This document shows, one piece after another, positions 24,301-37,700 of a stretch of 64,000 nucleotides of DNA. The notes under the pieces are model-generated. The model was not told the origin of the DNA. It did no database searches and saw nothing but the letters and a program-made list of their open reading frames with translations. The position numbers were made by a program, and so were the translations under genes. Source of the DNA: Magallana gigas (lineage: Eukaryota). Position 1 is the first letter of the stretch. Each line of letters opens with the position of its first letter. The stretch covers positions 2,914,001-2,978,000 of the forward strand of contig NC_088860.1 in the NCBI RefSeq assembly GCF_963853765.1, written 5' to 3'.

Positions 24301-26512
24301 GAGGTGTTTTTCCAAACTTGCCAGAAAGGCCAGAGAAGTTGCAATTGCCTCTACCGCATGTGTTAATTTGATATTTGATTTTTTTTATCCTGCGTTGAAC
24401 GCTTGGAGACTGTTTCATTTTCTTAATTCGGCTAAATAATGCTTCCAATTTTGAGCGCTCTCTCTCTCTCTCTCTCCTTCTCTCTCATTTTATGTGCAAC
24501 CTTATGAAGACGTCAACTACTTTCTACGATATCTATAAAACCTCTCAGCAGTATCTAGCGAAAATATTCGTGGGTAAATAAAAAAAATCTTAAATTGAAA
24601 CACAAGTCAATCTTACATGTACCGGTCAAAATCTCGAATAAACAAATAGTTGGAATCGTACAAAATATCAATAAACATGCACGTGTGATCAAGTACATGC
24701 AGAAGAACACGAGCTACCGCGGATAACTTGTCCACTCGCGCGGGATCTCCTTGGCTATGTTCTAGGGGTGATCATTTGAAGGTTTAATCTTTGTGGTTTT
24801 TCGTTGTTTATCTATAACATTATTAGTACATGTATATTTTTTAGAACATTTTAGAATTACAAATTCACTATTGATTTATGTCTGATGATGTTTCTGATTT
24901 GGAACAATATCGCTTTTATCAATTTTTAGAGGGGCTTCTCAATTCACATTCTAATGTTTCATTCAATAAATTGAAGGTGAACAAAAAGAACATAAAATTG
25001 AAACAGTTCTTGTATATATATCTTGTTATTAGATAACCGCTGACCTCTAGGTAGTGCAGCCGCGACCGATTTCCTCGGCCGCGGATGAGGGATCGGATAA
25101 CTTACGTAAAGTTAAAACACACATAAAAAGCTCAGAACCCAGGAAGATTTACAATGTTTGCAGTATGATGAATAAACTCTAATTAATATAAGTTTTTTTC
25201 CCCTTTAATCCCACAGTTGATCTATCTGTCTGATACTGCTTCAGTTCGAGTTTATGATTAAACAGAACGATTTCTTATTCTATCGTTTAATTCAAATTAA
25301 GAAGAGTAAGCTTTAATGTCATTGTGTACGATTCTTGTGTTTGCTGCTAAGTAAAATCACATATGACAGACGCGATTCTTGTGTATTAGATAACCGCTGA
25401 CCGCTAGGTAGTCCAGCCGCGACCTTGGCGATCGAATTTCTCGGCCGCGGGCGAGATGGGTTATGTAATGACGCACACAACTAAGAATTTAGGTCGGTTT
25501 GAAATGCTTGCAGTAAAATGACTCAAATCCATTTCATGGAAGTTATTATTTTTTTTTAAATCTAGTTTATGTATCTCACTAGATAAAAAAAAGAACGTTT
25601 ATATTTTCTCGTTTTTGTTTTTCTTAACGGTTGTCCACTATAGGACCTAAACAGAGGTTACTCCAAAAAAAAAGGCTGTAAGAAAAACATGTACACGTAT
25701 ACTTTTTAGACACTTTTTCAAATGAATCAAAGCATCCCGTATATGCTGGAACACTTTCAGCTGTTAATATATGTACGTTATTCGCACGAAGACGATTCGC
25801 TTACTTGCCAAATGAATACAGGTACAAGCTTTTTACACTCATAATACGCATTACCGGTACAAAATAGTTTTGTAACGACATTGATAACACAATAATGAAC
25901 AACTTTTCTATCGACAGCTATAGCGAAATATTAACCATTTTTGAGTTATAAAGCGAAGACTTTTAAGTGCTCTAGACCCCTAATTTAAGGGGCCAGCCCT
26001 TTTTCAATGGTGTCAAGTGAAAGCCCTTGACATTTTGCACATATTTTGTTCTATATGTGTTTAGAGAAAATTTTAAACTAAAGAGCTACATAACAAAAAC
26101 ACAACAAAAAATCAGCATTTTTTGAAACACAAATTCAAATTAATTTTTTGAAACTTTAAAGGAGGAAAATTGTAAAAACAAAACTCGGAGGACAACGTTC
26201 AAACTCTCTATTTTGAAGATTTGTGACTTTGTAACACAGGCTGTGAGCGGTTTCAGAGCCTTTGCGTGCACAAGAATGCCTATATTTTGGGGAAAAAGGG
26301 GAATAACTCGGTACCGGAAGTGTCGATATCAACGATTTTCCATAGATATTGAGAAATAGTAACTACCAATAAGCTCTGCAAATTTGAACTTTATAGGACA
26401 ACAAACAAGCAAGATATTTGAGTTTTAAAAAACGTCTAGAAGAAAAAAAAGAATAAAAAGAATTACCAACAGAATCAGTACAAGGTCTTCCGTTGAAAAC
26501 GGAAGACCTTAA
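21322..26512 (+). mobile_element. Putative Helentron/HINE-like non-autonomous element with nested insertions
   Basis: The 5' end aactagagccgagctcgttgcaaagcaacgag contains an 8-bp hairpin followed by aggtcttccgt (21355). The 3' end has the 13-bp-stem palindrome aaggtcttccgtt-gaa-aacggaagacctt (26482-26510), which shares that motif. Pairing the two ends into one element is inference. Confidence 0.55.
22180..22645 (+). mobile_element. 3' fragment of a Helentron-like element (degenerate satellite units, GGAC microsatellite, terminal hairpin)
   Basis: Degenerate tgaccttgggt..ggtcatga units are followed by ggacacgacgtacggacggac and an aacccc..ggggtt hairpin before an A-run. Confidence 0.55.
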
Positions 26513-26749
26513 TTATCGACAGGCACGTAGCATCAGGGGGGCCAGGGGGGGGGGGGGGCCTGCCCCCCCCCCCTCCCCCCCACTTTTTCTTGAAGCAACA
26601 AATATTTTAAAATTTACATATAAAAAATTGAATTATCATGGAGTTGCCCCCCCCCCCACTTTTTTGGAGGATGTAAAAAATTGATATGAAAAGAAGGAAA
26701 TTGGGATTGAAATTATACAACGATGGCTGTTATAGAACATAGATTTTTT

Positions 26750-27065
26750 TTTAATTCGTGACCACAAAATACAAGTCCCGGGGGGTAACCGTCTTGGGGC
26801 CTAGACATGTTGGGGCCTAAACGTCTGCAATTCGTCCCGGGGTGGCCACGAAATACAAGTCGGTCCCGAGAAATAAAAGTCGTTCCTATACGAAATAAAA
26901 GTCATGACCACGAAATTAACAATCTAATTAAAATTAGACCCTTCAGGCTCTCATATTTGATATGCCGCTGTATCAAATACGAGAGCGTGAAGGATCTAAT
27001 TTTAATTCGATTGCGAAATTAAAGTCGTGGCCACGAATTTTATTTCGTGGCCCCAAGAATTTTAA
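26750..27065. mobile_element. Foldback/MITE-like palindromic element
   Basis: The central 37-bp arms aattaaaattagacccttcaggctctcatatttgata and tatcaaatacgagagcgtgaaggatctaattttaatt differ at 3 positions. They are flanked by repeated tcgtggccacgaaat-type motifs in both orientations. Confidence 0.7.
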
Positions 27066-29484
27066 AAATATATATATCTCAAGCATATGTCCTATAGCAG
27101 CCACCGTATATGGCAGCCACCGTAGGTCTGTTATTCTTTGTCTTAAACTTAATAGAAAGAGTTTTATTGAACTTCCTTTCTCCATAATAGATGTACCCTA
27201 TAAATTGTTATTTTTTTGTCCATGAATTAGTACGACCTGTTGCTATATACATTTTGTGCACCGTGCAGTGTATTTCAGGGGTTATAATAAGATTCCAAAA
27301 TTTTATGCTTGGAAAATGTATCATTGACCATAAATATATAGTCTATAATTATTATACATTGTAGTTCTGCTCTGCAATGAGCATTAGTAGTTATTAAGTT
27401 TTATGTAACTAAACAGTTTCGTTTAAAATCCAGAGTGTTTTTCTCAGGAAAAAGCATGATGGGGATTGATTTTCCTGCTTTTTTATGCGGCAAACTTAAT
27501 CCTCAATTGCATAATAAAGAGGTTTACCTTTCGCGTACATGAAAAAGGTATGCAAAAAAATTTAAAAATTAAGTTTGTGAGACTTTTCAAATAGAGGGTG
27601 GCACCAAAAACGTCCGGTTTTAAGAATTTCATGAATTTAGTTGTGGGTAATGTTTCTTTTTAAAAAGCAGGCGAATATACCCTGAAAATACTATAAAACG
27701 ATGCCTAAGGACTTGCTCTTGCTCTTGCTCTTGTAAATGCAAAAACATTTAAATGGCTGATTTATTTGTATTCTGCTTTTAGGGAATTTGCATTCTGCTT
27801 TTAGGGGAAGCATAATATGAATTGGTGTACTGCAAGTTGCACCCTGAGAGTTATTTCCCTTGCTCTGTTTCTGGATGATATGAACGTTTGAATGAAAGGT
27901 TTTTTCGTTATATCGTTTACAGCTTCTTTGTGAAAAAGACCAATGATCTGAGGTAAAGTTTGTGATAACGAAATATTTCAAATTTTTAGATTTTCTTACT
28001 AAATTACAATACATTTGATATGAAGTGAATGTATTTGTTTATGTTCCAGATTAATGATAATCAAATCTCTACTGTAACGATATTGTGTGGATTGATTTTG
28101 TTTGACCGCAAAAGTCAATGGCTAAAAATCGGAAACCCCCCAATAAACAGGGTGTGTGTAAGGTGCCAAAGCCAGTGATTAGTTAATGGGATCATAAAAA
28201 TGTCAGACATTCTATCAGTTTGAGACCTTGGGTGTTAACTGGTCATTTATAATTCGAGATATCCGTGATTTAAACCACGTGATAAATGTCGTGTTTTTTT
28301 CTCTCTCTCTCTCTCTTTTGATGATGCGTTTCATAGCCCATGGGAGTTGTTATGCTGTATACACGACTATCTACCTAATGGTCAGTTAACCTGAAGGGTA
28401 TTTTTTCTTTTAATCAGAGACATTACATGTAGTGATAAGGATAAGAAATACTTCATTGATAATGTAACTTTGGCTTTGTGCATGGGTATCACTGTATGGA
28501 TTATTTGTCCGAGTGAAGCCAAAAACCAATAGGACGTTTTTTCTTTGATTTTGGTAACGTATAATGAAATAAGAATTAAATTTGTAATTAAATATTTTTT
28601 TTTCAAAAATAATGTTCTATTATGCATTGTACTGGGGCACTTAAATGTTATATAATATATCAGTAAATATGAAGGGCATAAATGTATTTTAATTCTTGTA
28701 ATAATGTATGTTGTATTATATTTTTATTTATTTAACTGTTTTTTAAAATCTGACATTTTTATCAATTATTGCTTTAAAATTATGATTTAAAATCATATAA
28801 AGATATGAAGAAAAAAATTGCATAATGCATGATAGTGATAAGTTCCTTTCAATAATTTTAACATGAAGTAAAATTCGTTTATCTTTATTGTAAACTTCTT
28901 GAAAAACTGTGAAAATTATTAAGAAGATTATGTTCAACTAATGCCTCCAGCCATACGGTGGGGAATCAAACTGGATTTTAATTAATTCTGAATTCAAAGG
29001 CTATCAAAGTCGATTACTTAACCACTCCAGGATGTTTTTACAGTGGCACTCTAATTGTGGGCTATCACCTGCACAGTTTTCACAAGCAGAATTTGAGTTA
29101 ATTAGCAGACAGATTGCTGGTGTTAACACTCTGGACAAGTTACCAGAGATCTGGGGCAACTGGCAGTCCTTGTACAAACACTGATAATTTTAAGCTGCTT
29201 ACTGCACTAATGTTGAGACTAGGTGACCATTTGTATAAAGGCCTGCCACTGGTGTTGATCTCATCCTGTTTATGTTGATTCTTGACATTGTGTTTTCTAT
29301 AGGATTTTTCTTTCTTATTGACTTCAAACATCCTTACCAATACAATAGTGGATTTTAATTTCCAAGCTGTGGAAGGTTTGATTTCACCTAGAGCCTTATT
29401 TTATCAGTGGTTCTTTGCTATATCACTTAAGGCCTTTTATTTGAATCTCATAGATGTTTGTTATTTCCAGAGTAGAAATGTGAA

Positions 29485-31865
29485 ATGGATATAGAATGGT
29501 GGAAAGACAAGATATCGGAGGACATTTATGAAACTCTTCGTACAAAGGAGCAACACCTTCCCCCGTATCATGGACACTCTCCTCAGCAGTGGTTCCGGCG
29601 CCACCTGGTGGATTGGCTGGCCATTGTAGTGGAGACATTTTATCTAGGGACCACCTCTCAACATTTAGCTGTCCACCTGCTCGACTTCTTCATGGACAAG
29701 CTTGAGGTGGATCAGAATCACCTTTATCTCCTTGCCATGGCCTGTCTGTCCATCTCAGGTATGAATATATATTTGACAATGTATGGAGGTTCCCAAGCTT
29801 TCTAACATTGGTATAATGAATTTCTGTTAGCAATTAATTGAAGAAAGAAATGACTGTGGTTTTGGTTTTGATTCATTAGATTTTTTTAAACACATTTTAA
29901 AAAAAAAAAAGAAAATGTCTTGAAGGTTTTCATATGTATTCTTATCAGCCATGCATGCATATTGCAAAGCAACTTTTTATAAGATGTATTTTAATTGCAA
30001 GAATTGTTAATAAAAAAAATAATTGAATTAATTATATCAATTTCAGTTTGAAATGAGATGTTTTTGATTGTTTACAGTGAAGTACGAGGAGCATTGTGAT
30101 AAGACGCTGAAGTTGAACAGCCTGAACCACATGTTGCCCTCTCACAGTCTGCTGAGTGTCGGGTACTCGGCCGCAGAACTCACAAACATGGAGATCACAG
30201 TCCTCAACTTCTTTGACTGGTCACTCTCCATCCCGACCGTGGCTCAGTTCGTGCCCTACTTTCTGGTGGTGTCTGTGGATAACCACGACCTCATTGATGG
30301 TCAACCAATTTTATGCAAGTCCGCGGTAGTCACATGTTTGGAGAAGCACACTAAGTACTTTATGGAGATCTCCCTGCAAGGTTTGTGGACAGCGCTTTTC
30401 ATATCCTAATGATTCAAATAATATTAGTTTTAATGAACAGATAGGAAACATTCAGACATCTACCGGTAAGAATAAATCCAGTGATTCTCTTATAGTTGAA
30501 GATGTTAATCGGGACATGAATTGTCCTATTATTTTAGAGTCTCATACGTCTTTGAGGCAGTGTGCTGATATTTACATGTGGTTAATGCATCGTATATGTG
30601 AAATTCTTTGCACGTGACAGTTCATTTAACAATAACTTACTCATTGTGTTTATAGTTTAAATAGATCTTAAATATATTAATTCTTGTGGAAATTGGGGAA
30701 TCTTGTGTAAAAATGAACATTCCATTATATCTAATTCTTTAACTTTCAAAGTTACTGGTAGGATTAATTTTTGTTTCAATTTTTTAGCACCCCTTCCTCC
30801 CCATACTACCCCCAAAAATTATAACCAAAAAATATTAAATGTTTATAATTTATAAAGGTTTCTTTTTTTTTTTTATGACAGACCATGTATTTCGTAATTA
30901 CACCCCATCTTTGATTGCGGCTAGCTGCATTGCCGCCTCCCGCATCTCGCTTCGCCTGACACCTACCTGGCCCCAACACTTGCAGTTGATGACAGATTAC
31001 TTCATAGAGGAGCTGCTGCCCTGTGTCAATATCATGCTCAGGTGAGTTTAAGTTGTAATCAGGTGTAGCTTATAGGTCATCATTGGAATTTCCGAAGAAA
31101 TTTTGAAACTATGACCAGTAGTTACATACCACATCCTTCTTCATCTAGCCCTGTGTGCATGAGATGAGAATCAAGAATTACGGTATTAAAGTATTGACCA
31201 GTGTGTGAATAAATCATAGCCTCAGGTTGACCATAGATTTGATTTTGATTATCTTATCACAGTTTACATAAACATGTCGTGTACTGCTGTTGCTGTCACA
31301 GCCTTCTTCTTATAGAATTATACCAGTGGTGTATTCGTTTGCTACCTCTAGAACTGGTCCAGGATATCTTCAGTGTCTACTTGCTATTTGGAAAGTAGAC
31401 AATGGAGATCTCCATACTGCAATCGAGCAGATTAGGATTAATCCTGCAGTTCTCCAATTGACCAAACGAATACAACCCAGGTTTAAATGCGAGTATGCGA
31501 CATCAAACATAACACATGAATATTCAACTTAACAATAATATACGTGTTCTGATCAGACAACCACAGTAGGAGTAATCTATGCAGATCTGCTTAAAATTGA
31601 AGTGAAATTCTGAGTCATTGTACATGTATTAGTTTTCATTGATAATCATTAATTATCTTTTTCTCAATGTTGCAGGTTCCAAAAGAAGGATCTCCAGTTG
31701 TCCCAATGTTCCCCTCTACCCGCCCAGTACCCCTCGGTCACCCCTCATCATCAGTACCAGTCCCCGATGTACAACACCCAGTGTTACCCTCCCAACTTTG
31801 TGACCCCCCAGCACATGATGGCCCAGGGTGGGAAGCCACAGCTGTTTGGATGTAGAGGATCCTGA
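29485..31865 (+). CDS. CCNJ: Cyclin J family protein (about 308 aa), 4 coding exons
   Basis: Exons 29485-29758, 30078-30380, 30882-31041 and 31676-31865, GT-AG and in frame. The motifs WW..DIYETLRTKE..GHSPQ..RRHLVDW, HLAVHLLDFFMD, KYFMEISLQD..NYTPSLIAASCIAASRISLRLTPTWP match cyclin J. An acceptor at 29470 implies an upstream non-coding exon. Confidence 0.92.
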
Positions 31866-33159
31866 TACTGACCATTAGACGGAGACACCGACGCTGGGCA
31901 ATTATGAAGTTCTCAATCTGATGAGCAGTTCCTTTATTTAGATGAAGAAGATATCTGACGGATTTGGATATATGATCTACTGCAGGATTCCTGGAACTAC
32001 CTCACAAAGCTAGCTTGTCATTGCGGAAACATTTGAGAGCAGTTGTGGTTTTGGAAAGTTCTCTAACTTAATGATAGCGCCATCGAAAGACAAATCAAGC
32101 AAATTTCTTAGTGCCATTTGGATTTATGCAGTGCTAGACTGGAGTGATCTTCCTTAACATTTGGTGCAGATACCCTTGTTGATATTCAAAGTACTCTGAT
32201 AATTATTGTGTGTTTCAGGTTATTATGTATTGATTCTGTATATCAGTATCAAATAGTCTTAGAAGTTAAATTGGTTCTTGTTCATTTTTTCCAATGTTGT
32301 TTTAAATGAAAGATGAACATATGTTTACAGAATGTATTTGAATGAGGAGGTAAAGAAGTTTAATTTGAATGTTTGTTGTAATTCAACTACTTGTTCATAT
32401 TTAATTGCATTTTGAACAAAAAAGTCTGAATTTTTGTATTTGATTCATATCTTTTATTTTATTTTTTTTTATCAGGAGGATGGGGTATCATTTTGGAAAG
32501 TTTTCAAATGTTTTGGGATTTTATGCTGATAACAAAAATTACCATTTGTAAAAACATGAATATATCTTACTGTTTCTAGTCATTTCCAATACATGTGTTC
32601 AGAGTTTTAATTTTGTTTAAAAAAACAACAAACTTCTCTTCTTTTTAACTATTCAGCAATTTGATGATTAAATGTAACATCAATTTGATAGCCAAAAATT
32701 AGCTTTGTTTTTTGCAAAATTGGCTTTGCTTTGTACGAAGCAAAGAAGTTAAGGGGGATAACTCTTGAGAACTTAATTGTACAGGTACCACTTGTTTTTT
32801 TTTACCTGAGAGAAAGAGGGAGAAAGAAATTTTAGTCTTTCATACATGTCAGAGTATTTTCTGTATAAAGCCTAGTCTATTTTTTTGTGTTCATTGTAAC
32901 TTGCTCAATTCAGGGCCAGGTTTTCAATACTTTGTTAAAAGTGCATAATGATTGTTGGAATAAAACAGCCGTTTTTATAGAGTGTTCCATGCTCTTTTTT
33001 GCAGATTTCTTGAAGAGTTGCTTTACTCGAGTATCTCATGCATTTCACTTGAAGCTTTTTTATCAGATATACCCTGAGCTTTTTAAATCTCTTTACTGGT
33101 TTTAATTCAGTACCAAAATGTCATGAGAACATTTATACCTCTAAGAACAGTACATTATT

Positions 33160-33320
33160 AAAACAATATCCATGCCAAGCATCTGAAAAGGATACATAAA
33201 TACATATATGGCTGGACCGGGAATCAAATCCAGGACCCCTACAGTGCTAGTCAGGAGCTCTACCACTGAGCAACACAGGCCGACATCCACAGTCCACATA
33301 AAGCCAAAAGCACTACACTT
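33160..33320 (-). mobile_element. tRNA-derived SINE fragment
   Basis: The reverse strand reads tgctcagtggtagagctcctgactagcactgtaggggtcctggatttgattcccggtccagcc, with A-box/B-box-like segments and no complete cloverleaf. Confidence 0.65.
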
Positions 33321-33728
33321 CTATACATTGTATTATATATACAGTATGTATATAATACTTATAGTAAAACTAAGTCATTAACAGCACTACACTTCTATAC
33401 ATTGTATTATATAAACAGTATGTATATAATACTTATATTAACAGCACTACACTTCTATACATTGTATATAATACTTATAGTAAAACTAAGACATTAACAG
33501 CAATACACTTCTCTACATTGTATATAATACTTATAGTAAAACTAAGACATTTACAGCACTACACTTCTCTACATTGTATATAATACTTATAGTAAAACTA
33601 AGACATTTACAGCAATACACTTCTCTACATTGTATATAATACTTATAGTAAAACTAAGACATTAACAGCAATACACTTCTAAACATTGTATATAATACTT
33701 ATAGTAAAACTAAGACATTTACAGCACA
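33308..33728. repeat. 56-bp tandem minisatellite, about 7 copies
   Basis: The unit cagca(c/a)tacacttct(a/c)tacattgtatataatacttatagtaaaactaagacatt(a/t)a has a period of 56 (for example 33481 and 33537). Confidence 0.9.
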
Positions 33729-34757
33729 CCACTACATGACCATGTGAGGGATTGGGGGTAAAACTTGAGCAAACTGAGAAGGAAGGGACATACAATTACA
33801 TCAATTTACCCAGTTTTCTTTCTTTACACTTCAGCTAAAATTAGATTGGAAGAAACTTAAAATTTACTTGACTTTTGAATAAGAAGGAAGTCTTTAGAGA
33901 GAAACAGGAATGGGGTTAAACAACTCCAGTCTGTGCGATAGACCCTCATTGATTCCTGGAGGAAATTCAGTTTCATAAAGCAGTTTAAGTCTATAGTATT
34001 TCCTCAGCTAATGTGTAGAAGAAGCAAATACAAGTGGACCGTATACCTGGATGAGAATGAGAGAATTTTAAACCCTCCCAATGAGACTCAATAACCTGAA
34101 ATCAAAAAGAATAAGTGCTGAGATTCAGACAGGGAAAAATGTTTGCTTATTTAATTAAAAAATGAAAATACATAATTGACAGTTTTGTATACAATGTAAA
34201 TTTAATTAATAAAATATCACTTTCCAGCTCACAATTCAAACTAGTCAAGCCGCCCGGAATCTCTGTGATATATACATTGTCACAGTCTCTATTCTTTTCA
34301 ATAATTCCTAAATAGCACCCTTTGTTTGTTTACAATGCTAAATCTCTATAATTTTAAACAGGTCAATGAGAACTGAAATTCTACCTGAGCCGGGCTATTC
34401 ATATTCTACCACATGTGGGTTTTCATGATCAAATGGGTTTTCTTTTAATATCTCCCATTTACACCAGGATTTAAACGACTCTGAAAAGCACGCAGGCTGG
34501 AGTTTTTCATCAGAAGTAGGAATGCTTCTCAACGAAACCAGAAATAACATTTTACATAACTTGTCAAGGACTTGTTGAATATCAGTGAAGTGAGCCAGGG
34601 TTTTAGGGAGGGACAGGGTGATGAAGATAGATTGAGTCCTTGATGATCCCTTTCTGTACTTCTCCACAGGTAAGGGGTGTTAACGAGACCACAAAACAGG
34701 TACAATCTGTGTTAATGCACCTGTCTCTGCAGATTGTTGTCACTACCTGAGTTGCAA

Positions 34758-37700
34758 ATGGCAGGTAAATTCAGAATACGTTACTTTTAATTTCAGCTGA
34801 ACTACGGTAGGTTTTATTTTGATATAATAATGAAATTGAACTGATGCAAGGTAAATAACCATTTTTATTTTTTTTAAAAATCAAAAATAACATTCAAAAA
34901 GTGTATAATTACTTATATAGTAGATACGTATATCAGATTTAAATACAATAGTTCATATTTAAAAGTCTTGAGAAAGTGTACAAAACAAGTGACAGTTCCA
35001 AAATATTGTAAAGGATATTTTATCGGTAAGCACTTAATTACTATAAGGACCCATTAAAATTCTGAGGTCCATAAAATCTATGCATTGCATGAGTGACTTT
35101 CTTCCAGTTTTGATAAATTAACAGTAAAAATAATATTCTTCATGAGTTTATTGAATTAGCTAAAAAGGAGCAGTGATGGTTGGTTTTTTTCTAAAAACTT
35201 GCTAATGAGGAAATATAAATCAAATTTATGTTGTTTCAAATTTTTTTCCATCATAAACTAATGATCATAGTGTTTATCGATCAAAGTTTTTTAATCTATT
35301 GGCATCTCAATGAAGGGAATTTTAAATCTAATTATTCCCCAATGGAGAGGTATTTATACCTGAAAATCAAATCAAAACATTATTTTCTTTAATGCCTGAA
35401 TTCTACCAACGTGTTCCTTTACTGTGACTGTGTATTTCAATTTAGGATTGCTGGTATTTTTATGTATGTTGGATTGCTGTAACAGTATTTTTATGCATCG
35501 GATATGTTGGATTGCAGGTATTTTTACATATGTCAAATTGCTGGTATTTTCAGGTATGTCCGGCCTTATGACTCAGAGAGTGGATGAACTATTTGCAGCC
35601 CTGCTGCAAAATGCGCCGGTAACAACTACCGTGATTCGAGAGGCGAAGCAAGAGTATGACAGATTACGGGTAAGTTCGTTATGACGGCAAAACATTATCC
35701 AGCCAGATCCTAGCCACTCTCCTCTGTCTGTAAAACAGGGATGTTAATTGTGCATTAGGTGAACATGGAAATTAGATTAAAAGGTAAGCAGCATGATTCT
35801 CCCTAGGCACGGTGGAAAAGAAATCAATTTTATGAGTTTTTATGGATTAAAAGATTTAAAGTGCTATGGAAAACCAAACATTTTTGTCTTCTGTGGTGGA
35901 TCTTACGAAAATCAATACACAGAAATGTGGGTATCCAGATAACTGACAATCTTTATTGATTCAGATATCTCTGACAGTCAACACAGAATACCTGTATATA
36001 GATCAGACAGATGCAACCAAAAGGGGCACCTGTTATCTTTTTGAGTAAAGCAATCAATGCAAGCAGCAGAAATTAATAAAATCGCATATATGTAATGTAT
36101 TTCTCCTTTTAACTATGCAAGCCAATTTTGTCTTCCCTGAATTTGGGTTTCTTTTGTAAGAAAAAATATTAAAATTAAAATTTCCAAAATATATTGTGCA
36201 TATACTGTATGAGGTATATTAAAAATTTCTAAATATATTGCATATACTGTAAAAGGTCAAAACTGCTTTAGAATTTAGAATGACAAAATTTTGATTAACA
36301 CATTGTTTGTGACAATTTTCCCCTGTAAAAGGCATAAAATGGATCTTTTTATTTAAATACAATAGTACAGTTTGCACAATGATATCCTTGTATGTACAGC
36401 TGTGGAATACTGGTAATTTTACCAGGGATTATATTAAATACATTGACATCCTCCCTATTTGGTACAGCTAAGCTGTATAATATACCAGGGAATTTTTTTA
36501 ATATTGCATGCAAACCAAATTTTATTTGCTGGTGAGAAATTTTTGCGTGGTTTGCATTGTCTTCCCAAATATTTCTCGCCATGAACCATTCCTGATAGAT
36601 AGGGTTTTATATCAACATGGATGTAGATAATTTGTTTTCACAAACTGGTTATTCCCAATTAATATCGAAATAAAGTTGTCACAAAAAAAATTGGTTTCAC
36701 AGTACACTTGACATCCTCCCTAGTTTGTGGAATTTTTCTGTAACAGGAAGTGGCCGTTTCGGGTGAGCGGCGCCTTACACCAGCTCAAATGACAAAATGT
36801 CCCCATTGTAACAAGGATATTCCCCATGAGAAACAAAACCAGGTCAGGTCTGAAAACGAGGTTACACGACTACGACAGGAACTACAGCTCAAAATCAGCA
36901 TGTGTCAAGACCTGGAGGAAAAGATACACAGAATGCAAGCCACGCAAAGGTAGGTCTCTCTCCCTCTGTCTGTCTCTGTCTCTCTCTCTCTCTCTCTTCA
37001 TGGGATAAAGTTCCTACATTGTCTCTAAATGAACCGTGGTTTGTGATTCAGGGGGAGTAACTCCAGTCTGGGAGGGGACCCGGCTCTACAGGTGGCCGAG
37101 ATGTACTCCAGGCTGTTTGCCGACCAATGGCTGCAGGCGTATGAGTTCATGGACAATAACCTGAACCAGAGGGAGGACAAAGTGCTCGACATTCTCCAGA
37201 GAATTCTCAGGGTAACCATACATTTTACACTGGGGCATCTTTTTAAACAGCAACCTATTAATCATAGCTGCTAATATTTACTGGTACTACTAAATATACT
37301 ACTGTATATCCGGGTTTTTTTTCAAATGTCACAAAATTTGCAAAAATTGAGAAAATGTGTAACATTATTAATTTGCGTCAGTCATTTTTTGCGATTTCCA
37401 ATGTTTTTTATACAAAATAATACAGGGTATTATATTTGTGTATTGAATAATTGGTGATTTAAAAAAGATTGTGAAAAAAGCAAAAAAAATATATCATAGC
37501 AAAAATTACCAGATATACAGTATATTACAAGGTTCTCATTGGTATATATTAACTGCTGTTTCTGCACCTGTGCACATAACAGTACACGTGTATATTACAC
37601 ATGTTATATACAGAGCATGTACTGCATGTGTTAGATTTCAAATAATTATAATTTTAAGTTTATCTTAATTGGTTTTTTAAAAGGCGGCATATGAATTTTG

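Noticed and set aside
31290-31532. 80-aa ORF in cyclin J intron 3 as an extra exon
   Set aside because: The exon-3 donor (31042) joins the 31676 acceptor in frame, and the ORF shows no cyclin similarity or clear splice boundaries.
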